Positions 15,495 to 22,410 of a DNA stretch of 48,152 bases are shown here, piece after piece. Made by a program: the position numbers and the translations under genes. The DNA is from an uncultured Selenomonadales bacterium (lineage in GTDB: Bacteria; Bacillota; Negativicutes; Selenomonadales; Selenomonadaceae), in NCBI GenBank assembly GCA_947167825.1, contig CAMVJN010000001.1, forward strand, positions 1-48,152, read 5' to 3'. A model generated the notes under the pieces. That model made no database searches. It worked only from the letters and a program-made list of their open reading frames with translations, and was not told the origin of the DNA. Within the stretch, counting starts at the first letter, position 1. Each line of letters starts with the position of its first letter.

Positions 15495-15584
15495 GTTGTT
15501 ACCCCTCCAAACCTGCCCAACCGGGCCCAGCCTCACGCCACCATGCCATGCGCCGCCTCAACTCACCACGCCTAGCCTGCCATG
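15495..15584. repeat. Second, shorter GCC-repeat intergenic tract.
   Basis: There are 10 GCC trinucleotides in 90 nt, with the same G-poor character as 13461..13716. Confidence 0.6.
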
Positions 15585-15797
15585 TTATGTCATGACGTTC
15601 TCAATCTGCTCCATCGAAATCCCTGTAGCCTGCGCGAATCGTTGCGGATAATAAATGTACTGCCCGCGCCCGAACCGCGCTTTCTTCGGCTGGATATATA
15701 CGCCCCAATCGACCGTCTTTGTGCGGAGCAAATGCCTCACGGTTTCTTGCGGCTGGTTCAGTAGCCGCGCCACGCCTTCCGTCCGTAACTGCTTCAT
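15585..15797 (-). CDS. Small HTH DNA-binding protein (excisionase/MerR-like, tentative).
   Basis: It is 70 aa long, and EGVARLLNQPQETVRHLLR looks like an HTH. Confidence 0.5.
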   Translation of the reverse strand: MKQLRTEGVARLLNQPQETVRHLLRTKTVDWGVYIQPKKARFGRGQYIYYPQRFAQATGISMEQIENVMT

Positions 15798-15834
15798 GTT
15801 GTCACCTCCACGATTCGCCGTATCACATAATCGG

Positions 15835-16386
15835 CTATGCCCAAGCCCAAGAAAAACCTTTATGCGTATGTCGTTTCCCGTTGCAACAATCGCTTATATG
15901 GGCTTGGTTTCCGTGAATCTGCCTTGCCGCTTCGCTTGCGCTTTCGTATATCTCCAACAATTCTCCATGCCCAAAACATTTGACACGTCTTTTCTGCTTT
16001 TCTACTGCTGCCATAATTGATTTTGTAACCGCTTTTCGCATATTGTCAGTAAACACCGTCAGTCCTGTTTTCCATGAATGTTTTTGATTTTCTGACGGAG
16101 TACACCACTCTATATTATCAACATGATTATTTGTCTTGATCCCGTCTTTATGGTTAATCCACTTCTTCCCTTCGGCATTTTTAAGAAACGCCAAAGCGAC
16201 CAATTTATGAACATGAATTGTTGTTTTTTTATGTTCTGCGGTACATAGACCTACCGAATAATAACCGCGAGTAACTGACGGTTTAAGGATTTTTGAGTTA
16301 TGCCTAACCCGGCCATAATCGCTTACTTCATACTCTTGCAAGCCTTCAATCGGCACCCTTTTCCAAGATTCCGTCACCATCAACAA
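15835..16386 (-). CDS. HNH homing endonuclease (NUMOD4 + HNH_3 type).
   Basis: It has WKRVPIEGLQEYEVSDYGRVR, HKLVALAF, INHKDGIKTNNHVDNIEW and a C-terminal IENR-like GFSW. It is AT-rich relative to its neighbours. Confidence 0.85.
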   Translation of the reverse strand: MLMVTESWKRVPIEGLQEYEVSDYGRVRHNSKILKPSVTRGYYSVGLCTAEHKKTTIHVHKLVALAFLKNAEGKKWINHKDGIKTNNHVDNIEWCTPSENQKHSWKTGLTVFTDNMRKAVTKSIMAAVEKQKRRVKCFGHGELLEIYESASEAARQIHGNQAHISDCCNGKRHTHKGFSWAWA

Positions 16387-17416
16387 CCTCCTTTATACGT
16401 TTTATAACCCAATTTGCCACAGGTTGCGCCATTCCGTTGCCTAGTGCTTTGTACCTCGCCGTGTCCGAACAAGTCTTGTCGTCGATCAGCGTATAATTAT
16501 CTTCTAGCCCCTGCAATCTTTCTGCTTCCAGCGGCGTCAAGCGTCGCACGGTTTTTTGACATACAAGCGTTTCGCTTCCGCCGCCCATTCCGCCGCCGCT
16601 TTCTTTCTGTGCCCCAGCTACGGTGTCTTTGCGAAACGCCCCAAAGCTAGATTCCACAAATACCTCGTCGGCGTGCGTCATGTCGTAGACGGCGACCGTC
16701 GGTCTCTGTGTCCCGCTACATTCCGCCGTCAACGTCGCGGCCGTCTCGATTGCATAGCCGATGCTTGCGGTTGGACCATTCCCCGCCTTGAACCCTGCGG
16801 CGATTATATCCGGGCCGCGATCCACACACGGCGAACCGTCTGCCCTTGCCGTCAGACTTCGGGCTTTATCGGGGACGAACAGCACCTGATCATTCGTATT
16901 TGCCGCCAGTGTCAGGCTTCGCTCCCTGCTGACAAGAGCACCTTTCCCCCCCCCCGGCGCATCCGGCGCGCATCCGTACGACGCTTGCGCCTCCAGCACC
17001 ACTTTCAGTTCCGTCGGCAAATCCTTCTCGCGCCGCTCTGCTCTCCGAAGAATCCCCTCGCACGCTCTCGCGCTCAAATAATATTTCTCCGGCACTGTGT
17101 CCTGTAAAATCTGCGACAAGAAAGATTCGACGGCGACGTTGGGGGACGCCCCAATATTGCGCGTCAAGCACTCTCCAGGCAAGCGAACCGCCATCCCATT
17201 CGACCATTCCGGCGTCTGCCCATTTGTTATTCGCAGGCATTGGAATCTCGGCCTCTGTGATCTCTTCAAGCACGGCTCTAAAATCCAATCCTTTGTTACT
17301 GCTAAACGCTCCGGGCACGTTTTCCCAAACGAAAAATCTTGGAGCCTGTCCCCCACTGGCACGCCGCATATCTCGAACAAGTCTAATTGCATCTCGGAAC
17401 AATCCGCTACGTTCAC
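16346..17416 (-). CDS. C5 cytosine DNA methyltransferase, C-terminal part (target-recognition region, motifs IX-X). It lies in the +1 frame relative to 16890..17690.
   Basis: It contains RRLTPLEAERLQG, YKALGNGMAQPV and KYYLSARACEGILRRAERR. Confidence 0.8.
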   Translation of the reverse strand: MNVADCSEMQLDLFEICGVPVGDRLQDFSFGKTCPERLAVTKDWILEPCLKRSQRPRFQCLRITNGQTPEWSNGMAVRLPGECLTRNIGASPNVAVESFLSQILQDTVPEKYYLSARACEGILRRAERREKDLPTELKVVLEAQASYGCAPDAPGGGKGALVSRERSLTLAANTNDQVLFVPDKARSLTARADGSPCVDRGPDIIAAGFKAGNGPTASIGYAIETAATLTAECSGTQRPTVAVYDMTHADEVFVESSFGAFRKDTVAGAQKESGGGMGGGSETLVCQKTVRRLTPLEAERLQGLEDNYTLIDDKTCSDTARYKALGNGMAQPVANWVIKRIKEVVDGDGILEKGAD

Positions 17417-17690
17417 CCTTCAATCCCTCCTGCTTTCCCGCGACGGATAAATCCTGGCATGGGCTTCCCGCGCAGACAATATCCACAGGCCACAACTTCG
17501 CGCCGTCCAGCTTCGTAATGTCGCCAAGCTGAACCGTGTTCGGGAAATGCTTTGCCGTCACCGCGCACGGGAAAGGCTCAATCTCGCTTGACCAAATCGG
17601 CTCGACTCCTGCGTGTTGTGCCGCAAGCTGCCAGCCGCCGATTCCATCGAACAAACTTCCTAGCGTCAAAATCTCGCACCATCCTTTCAT
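16890..17690 (-). CDS. C5 cytosine DNA methyltransferase, N-terminal catalytic part (motifs I-VIII).
   Basis: It contains LFDGIGG, GSPCQD, FVWENVPG and GVPQRRRRIFLVADF. Confidence 0.85.
   Translation of the reverse strand: MKGWCEILTLGSLFDGIGGWQLAAQHAGVEPIWSSEIEPFPCAVTAKHFPNTVQLGDITKLDGAKLWPVDIVCAGSPCQDLSVAGKQEGLKGERSGLFRDAIRLVRDMRRASGGQAPRFFVWENVPGAFSSNKGLDFRAVLEEITEAEIPMPANNKWADAGMVEWDGGSLAWRVLDAQYWGVPQRRRRIFLVADFTGHSAGEILFERESVRGDSSESRAAREGFADGTESGAGGASVVRMRAGCAGGGERCSCQQGAKPDTGGKYE
16946..16955. repeat. Homopolymer C10 on the plus strand (G10 in coding sense) inside the methyltransferase frame overlap.
   Basis: Counted directly from the sequence. Confidence 0.95.
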
Positions 17691-17917
17691 GCGCCCTGCG
17701 TGGCGGGGGATTTACACTTTGGGTGTAGTTCCTCGCCAAAAAAAATATTCATATCATACGACGGGAACGCTCTTTTGAATTTCTGCAAGAAGTCGCGGCT
17801 CAAATTACGCTCTCCATATTCTACTTTTTCGTAGAAAGACTTTGAAACGCCTAGCCGCGTCGCCATCTCATTTTGAGAAAGCCCATTTTCCAGCCGAAAC
17901 CGCTTTAATGTTTCCAC
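17687..17917 (-). CDS. Cro-like XRE-family HTH regulator.
   Basis: A GTG at 17917 follows AAAGGAGG. The HTH is LSQNEMATRLGVSKSFYEKVEYGER, and the gene is divergent from the repressor. Confidence 0.75.
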   Translation of the reverse strand: METLKRFRLENGLSQNEMATRLGVSKSFYEKVEYGERNLSRDFLQKFKRAFPSYDMNIFFGEELHPKCKSPATQGA

Positions 17918-17939
17918 TTTTGCGCCTCCTTTCTTTATC

Positions 17940-18036
17940 ACACTCACAGTGTAGCACACATAGAGTGTAATTGCAATACCCAAATTTTATTTTTTTACAC
18001 TCATTGCGTAATTCCTAGAAATTGCACTTTTCGTGT
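17940..18036. promoter_or_regulatory. Genetic-switch region with four 13-bp ACAC-N5-GTGT-type operators and divergent promoters.
   Basis: Operator sites are 17940..17952 (ACACTCACAGTGT), 17956..17968 (ACACATAGAGTGT), 17997..18009 and 18024..18036. The minus-strand promoter has TTGCAA (17976..17971), 17 nt, then TACACT (17953..17948). The plus strand has an extended -10 TGATATTAT at 18036..18044. Confidence 0.55.
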
Positions 18037-18067
18037 GATATTATCCTATTAAAGGAGGCGATTATAT

Positions 18068-18457
18068 ATGATGCTCAAAGAATTAAGGGACACACGGAAT
18101 TTGACACAAGCAGAACTTGGGGACGCTCTAAACATATCCCCCTCTACAATCGGAATGTACGAACAAGGACGACGCGAACCAAGCCTTGACGTACTCCAAA
18201 AACTCGCCGACTATTTCCACGTCACCACCGACGAACTTCTAGGCCGGGACGCGCCGAAGCCTATCATGGAGGAAATGACGCGCCTCTTGCTTGCGCCCCC
18301 GGACGGCGTGGCAAACCCGACCAAGGAAATGCTGGACGACTATTCCAGTCTGTCGGCGGAGGGCAAAGAAAAAGCGCGTTCCTACATTAAATACCTCGCA
18401 AGCGAGGACAAGGAAGCGCGCATCAAAAAAGACTATGGGAAATCAACAACGGCATAG
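18068..18457 (+). CDS. cI-like XRE-family repressor.
   Basis: The HTH is LTQAELGDALNISPSTIGMYEQGRREPS. It lies next to the integrase and is divergent from cro. Confidence 0.8.
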   Translation: MMLKELRDTRNLTQAELGDALNISPSTIGMYEQGRREPSLDVLQKLADYFHVTTDELLGRDAPKPIMEEMTRLLLAPPDGVANPTKEMLDDYSSLSAEGKEKARSYIKYLASEDKEARIKKDYGKSTTA

Positions 18458-18474
18458 ACTAGGGAGGGGAAACC

Positions 18475-19491
18475 ATGAGAAACCCTAACGGCTACGGCTC
18501 CATCTACAAACTCCACGGCGCACGCCGAAAGCCTTTCGCCGTCTGTGTCACGGCAGGCCGGAAACCGGATGGCCGTCTCGTGCGGAAATATATCGGCTAT
18601 TACGAGACGCGGCGGGACGCGCTTTCTGCCCTTGCAGCCTATAACGATAACCCGTTCGACGTTCGCGCTCGTGACGTTACTCTTTTGGAGCTATGGGAGA
18701 AGTGGAAAGAGTATCGAACCGGGCGCGGGAAGAAGCTGCCGGACAACTACAAAAACGCCTTTCGTCATTGCGCCGCTCTCCACAACAAACGATTTATAGA
18801 CATAACCACAGCGCAAATCCAAGCCACTGTGGATAACGTATCATCCATGCCACATACCGCCGTCCATGTTCGGATGGTTTTCGGGCTGCTATATAAGTAC
18901 GCTAAAATCATAAACCTTACAGCGTCAAACCGAGCGCAAGGCGTAGAAGTCCCCAAACTCCCAAAAAGCACAAAGCACAAGCCTTTTTCCGCGGACGAAT
19001 TGAAAAAGCTATGGCAAGACACAGACGACTTCGGCGTCCAGCTTGCCCTTGTCTATTGTTATACCGGCCTGCGTCCATCCGAGCTAATAGAAATGCGCCG
19101 CGAGAACGTACACCTGAAAGAAAGATATATGATCGGCGGAATGAAAACCGAGGCGGGAATCAACCGCTGCATACCCATAGCGGAAAAGATTGTCCCGCTG
19201 ATTGAAGGCTTTCTGGCCCGCCCGTCCGAATATCTATTGACCGCCCCGGACGGGACACACCCGCAGGATTTACAAGCGTTGACCTATAGATATTGGAGGA
19301 AGTCAAAATCCAAAATTGTCCTGGACCACTACCCGCACGACGGACGCCACACTTGCGAAACAATGCTGGACAATGCCCACGTCGCAAAGCGCACAATCCA
19401 GCTCATAATCGGCCACGCCGGGGGAGACGTTGACGCTTTATATACCCACAAGACGCAAGCCCAGTTAATACAGGCGATCAACAAGATATAA
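18475..19491 (+). CDS. int: Tyrosine recombinase / phage integrase.
   Basis: It has TGLRPSEL, HDGRHTCETML, IGHAGG and LYTH catalytic-region motifs, and an N-terminal SAM-like domain. Confidence 0.95.
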   Translation: MRNPNGYGSIYKLHGARRKPFAVCVTAGRKPDGRLVRKYIGYYETRRDALSALAAYNDNPFDVRARDVTLLELWEKWKEYRTGRGKKLPDNYKNAFRHCAALHNKRFIDITTAQIQATVDNVSSMPHTAVHVRMVFGLLYKYAKIINLTASNRAQGVEVPKLPKSTKHKPFSADELKKLWQDTDDFGVQLALVYCYTGLRPSELIEMRRENVHLKERYMIGGMKTEAGINRCIPIAEKIVPLIEGFLARPSEYLLTAPDGTHPQDLQALTYRYWRKSKSKIVLDHYPHDGRHTCETMLDNAHVAKRTIQLIIGHAGGDVDALYTHKTQAQLIQAINKI

Positions 19492-19699
19492 TTGCATACA
19501 CGTTGCATACAAAAAAGCCCGCAGTCTCAATGACTACGGGCTTTCGTCGTTAATCTATTTTTAATTTATAGCAGTTTTCCGTTATTTCTGTAAACAACTG
19601 CAACTACTGTATTCTCAAGCGGTCAAGGATATTTTTTCTTGTTCGTTATTCGTTCTAAAACGGGCTTCTTTTTTCTTCGTTGCATACAAGCTGCATACA
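19492..19699. other. attP-like junction with paired TTGCATACA direct repeats flanking an AT-rich core.
   Basis: TTGCATACA occurs at 19492, 19503 and 19680, and CTGCATACA at 19691. The 12-mer CGTTGCATACAA is exact at 19501..19512 and 19678..19689. Confidence 0.45.
19515..19552 (+). terminator. Probable terminator after int.
   Basis: AAGCCCG and CGGGCTT form a 7-bp stem around a 15-nt loop, followed by a weak T tract (TCGTCGTT). Confidence 0.5.
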
Positions 19700-19703
19700 A
19701 ATT

Positions 19704-19740
19704 AACTTAAAAAATGGGGATGGTTTTCGCCATCCCCATT
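19704..19740 (-). terminator. Rho-independent terminator ending the prophage B accessory operon.
   Basis: An 11-bp stem pairs AATGGGGATGG with CCATCCCCATT, followed by TTTTTT on the minus strand. Confidence 0.8.
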
Positions 19741-19743
19741 CTC

Positions 19744-20136
19744 TTACATCTTGGAAAGCATTTCTTTGATGATTTCCTTATCGTGTCCCTGCGCTTCCTG
19801 CATCAAGCCTTCGAGTTTGTCGCGCATACCGTCCCGGCTGTAACCGTCACGGCTGACAAACTGTCCGTTCATGCCGCGCCCTCTGCGATAGCTATTGCCC
19901 TCGTCGTAGGAACCGCGATAGCTCATGCCGTCCTCGGAATATCCATCCATCGGACGACGGAAGCTGTTACCGCCATCGAAGCGTTCCATAGCTTCAATCG
20001 TTTTGATTTTTGTAATGCCGCTGACCGCAGCTTTCGCGGTTTCAACGGCGCTCTTGTCTTTGAAGTGTCCCTGCTCCGCATATTCGCGAAGAACCTCATG
20101 GAACATCTCGCAGATTTTGTCCATAACCTTGTCCAT
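19744..20136 (-). CDS. Hypothetical protein with a helical N-terminal half and a G/R/Y/S/D-rich low-complexity middle.
   Basis: This 130-aa protein contains GGNSFRRPMDGYSEDGMSYRGSYDEGNSYRRGRG. Confidence 0.65.
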   Translation of the reverse strand: MDKVMDKICEMFHEVLREYAEQGHFKDKSAVETAKAAVSGITKIKTIEAMERFDGGNSFRRPMDGYSEDGMSYRGSYDEGNSYRRGRGMNGQFVSRDGYSRDGMRDKLEGLMQEAQGHDKEIIKEMLSKM

Positions 20137-20148
20137 CGTATCACCCCT

Positions 20149-20616
20149 TTACCGCGTAATCGCCAAGTCAGGCCGCGAGAAGATGATGTTCGCGTCCTGT
20201 ACCAAAATTGGCTGATTGCTTGTGTTCCGAACCGTCACCGTCTGGCAGCATCCCTGGAAAATCGCCGCGTTGATTGCACGGCTCACATTGAAATACTGCT
20301 CCACGGCTGCGGGCGTTACAATCATTGTCGAAGCCGGAAGCGTCGCGCCGTCGATAGCGATTGCCAAGGAGATCGCTTCAACCGTTCCGCCTGTCGGCAC
20401 GGCAATGTTTGCACCGAAATCCACAAGATAATTCGCGGTCTTTCCGCGCTGGCACTGACAGCCGAAAATGTTCGGGACGTACCCGCGCAAGAGGAAGCTG
20501 CCCGTGTCGTCGCGGTGAAGAATCAAGCCGCGATTGCACGGAACCGGGCTTTCCGTGAATACAACGGATTCCCCCGGATTTACCGTTTGAATATCAACGT
20601 TGCTGTACTCTGCCAT
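20149..20616 (-). CDS. Hypothetical beta-rich, Cys-containing protein. A possible BclA-C/C1q-like fold is a guess only.
   Basis: The ATG at 20616 follows GGGGGTG. The product is 155 aa. Confidence 0.65.
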   Translation of the reverse strand: MAEYSNVDIQTVNPGESVVFTESPVPCNRGLILHRDDTGSFLLRGYVPNIFGCQCQRGKTANYLVDFGANIAVPTGGTVEAISLAIAIDGATLPASTMIVTPAAVEQYFNVSRAINAAIFQGCCQTVTVRNTSNQPILVQDANIIFSRPDLAITR

Positions 20617-20631
20617 GTACGACACCCCCAA

Positions 20632-21483
20632 TCAGGCGCCGCAACCACAGCCATAATTTACAGGGGCGCAGCAATTCGGATTTTGTACCATATACGCAGG
20701 TACAGGATTCGGATTCAGACGCGCCAAAAGATTCGCCGTCTGCGCCTCGTTGTTCGCGAGAATCTGCGCCGTCTGCGCGGTCTGACTTGCCGCCCCCTTC
20801 AAAGCTGCAATCTCCGCCGCTTGGTCGGCGACCTTCTGCTTGAAGCTGTCAAGTTCAAGCTGGCACAGCTTGTCCATTACGGACTGGAAGCCCTGCCGCT
20901 GGCCATCCAAGAGCGCCTGCGTGTTTCGCGTCTGATTCTCGATAACGTCACGGATTCCATTGGACACCGCCGCACGGTCAGCACAAGCCTCGGTCGCCAC
21001 GGTATATTTGAGGTCAGCCGTCGCCGCTCGGTTCTCGCAGCAGCACTGCTGCAACGCCATCGCAAGGCTGTTCATCTGCTGATTCGTCGCGCTCTGATTC
21101 GTGTAAAGCGTGCTGTTGATAGCGTCCTTCGCGCCCGTAATTGCCTGTGCCGTCGCATACTGGCCGTTTGTGACTGCCGCCGTAATTGCCGCATCGCCGG
21201 AGCAACGAGCGACCGCCGCATCCGCAAAGCCGTTGCCGACCTGCGACTGCAAAGCCGCAATGCCGGACTGCGTGGCCTGCTGGTCAAAGCCGCGCTGCAT
21301 ATCAGCAACCGCGCCGTTGTTGCCAAATCCGCCGTTGCCCCATCCGCCGCCAAAAGCAAACAGGAACAGGATAAGCACCCACCAAGCGCCGTCTCCGCCC
21401 CAGCCGAAGCCTCGGCCACCGTTGCCGCCGTTCAGTACAGCCGCAACATCCGCGGCAGTCATGCCGCCGTCTGTCATACTCAT
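20632..21483 (-). CDS. Gly-rich membrane-anchored coiled-coil protein with Cys clusters.
   Basis: It has the N-terminal GGNGGRGFGWGGDGAWWVLILFLFAFGGGWGNGGFGNNG, an internal QQCCCENR and the C-terminal NPNCCAPVNYGCGCGA. GGAGGT forms the RBS. Confidence 0.7.
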   Translation of the reverse strand: MSMTDGGMTAADVAAVLNGGNGGRGFGWGGDGAWWVLILFLFAFGGGWGNGGFGNNGAVADMQRGFDQQATQSGIAALQSQVGNGFADAAVARCSGDAAITAAVTNGQYATAQAITGAKDAINSTLYTNQSATNQQMNSLAMALQQCCCENRAATADLKYTVATEACADRAAVSNGIRDVIENQTRNTQALLDGQRQGFQSVMDKLCQLELDSFKQKVADQAAEIAALKGAASQTAQTAQILANNEAQTANLLARLNPNPVPAYMVQNPNCCAPVNYGCGCGA

Positions 21484-21526
21484 ATTGATTACCTCCGATT
21501 GATTTATTTATATCTGGCCAGATATA

Positions 21527-21703
21527 TCACGCTTTGCGCCCCATGATTTGCGAGGCCATTTGCGAAAGCTGATTGTATTGCTGTTGTGTCATTTGCCCGC
21601 TATTCAAAAGTTCCTGCACTGTTTGGCGCGGGTCCTTCTGCATCTTGGCAAAATTCGCGGCGAAGTTCTGAAACTGTTGGAGCATATTCATAGGGTTATT
21701 CAT
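21527..21703 (-). CDS. Small Q-rich protein of 58 aa.
   Basis: It is too short for the ORF track. An ATGA overlap couples it to the upstream gene, and the product starts MNNPMNMLQQFQNFAANFAKMQKDPRQTVQELLNSGQMTQQQYNQLSQMASQIMG. Confidence 0.45.
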   Translation of the reverse strand: MNNPMNMLQQFQNFAANFAKMQKDPRQTVQELLNSGQMTQQQYNQLSQMASQIMGRKA

Positions 21704-22026
21704 TCCTTCTTCGCCTCCCCCAACGCCTCTAAAACCTTGTTCAGTTTATCCTGCAAACTGGAAAATTCTTCCCGCGTGACAGTGCTTCCGTCCGCCGGAG
21801 CGGCCTGCACGATTTCCTTAAACTCAAACTTCCGCATTTGTTGAGGCAGCCCGTTCGGGGCCGTGGTTTTGAGCCAAAAAATACAGGCGTCAAAATCAAT
21901 CAACGCTACCGTCGAGCCAGCGGCTACCGGGTACATTTGCGCTCCGCCCTCGCCGTTGACCGGCACGAGCATAATCTGATTTTGCGTCTGCTGCATAGGG
22001 TTAAACATATTATTAGGGTATGCCAT
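21700..22026 (-). CDS. Hypothetical protein.
   Basis: This 108-aa ORF directly follows the stop of the upstream gene. Confidence 0.6.
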   Translation of the reverse strand: MAYPNNMFNPMQQTQNQIMLVPVNGEGGAQMYPVAAGSTVALIDFDACIFWLKTTAPNGLPQQMRKFEFKEIVQAAPADGSTVTREEFSSLQDKLNKVLEALGEAKKE

Positions 22027-22410
22027 TTATACATCGTCCTCCTTCGACCAATAATAGATTGGCGTCTCTGCTTCGCTGTCCCATGTATCGTAATGATCAC
22101 CGTCAACGACTGTGACGACGTGAGAGCCTGTGCCTAAAAGGAAGCGCCCCGAAGGATGATCGCGGCAAAACTCGGCTACGGTGTAGCAGTCCGGGCACGT
22201 ATCCGGCAGTGTGTGTCGTTTATAGCCGTGCTCCTTCAAGAACGCTCCCCAAACAGGATTAGAAGAAGGCATATCAAACATTTTGTACCCCTGCGTCACA
22301 ACGCCAAGGTACGCAGTTTGCCAGTCAATATCCATCAGTTTCGATATTGCGCGAACCACGCAATCACCGACGATATTCTGCGCCGGGTTTGGATTGTATA
22401 AAACAAACAT
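22027..22410 (-). CDS. Hypothetical protein with a possible papain-like Cys/His arrangement.
   Basis: It has GDCVVRAIS near the N-terminus and GSHVVTVVDGDHYDTWDS near the C-terminus. It is the first gene after the terminator at 22471..22501. Confidence 0.6.
   Translation of the reverse strand: MFVLYNPNPAQNIVGDCVVRAISKLMDIDWQTAYLGVVTQGYKMFDMPSSNPVWGAFLKEHGYKRHTLPDTCPDCYTVAEFCRDHPSGRFLLGTGSHVVTVVDGDHYDTWDSEAETPIYYWSKEDDV

Larger units (their letters stand above)
1..19511 (-). mobile_element. Prophage A, integrase-proximal part. It runs int, repressor, early genes, terS, terL and portal start, and continues left of the window.
   Basis: The gene order on the minus strand is a canonical temperate-phage left arm. 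The integrase at 18475..19491 faces an att-like junction. Confidence 0.7.

Noticed and set aside
19714-21546. 610-aa plus-strand ORF spanning the att-proximal region.
   Set aside because: It is antisense to four well-supported minus-strand genes that have RBSs and a terminator. Its sequence is Arg/Ala/His-rich low complexity with no RBS, which is a typical GC-rich antisense artefact.
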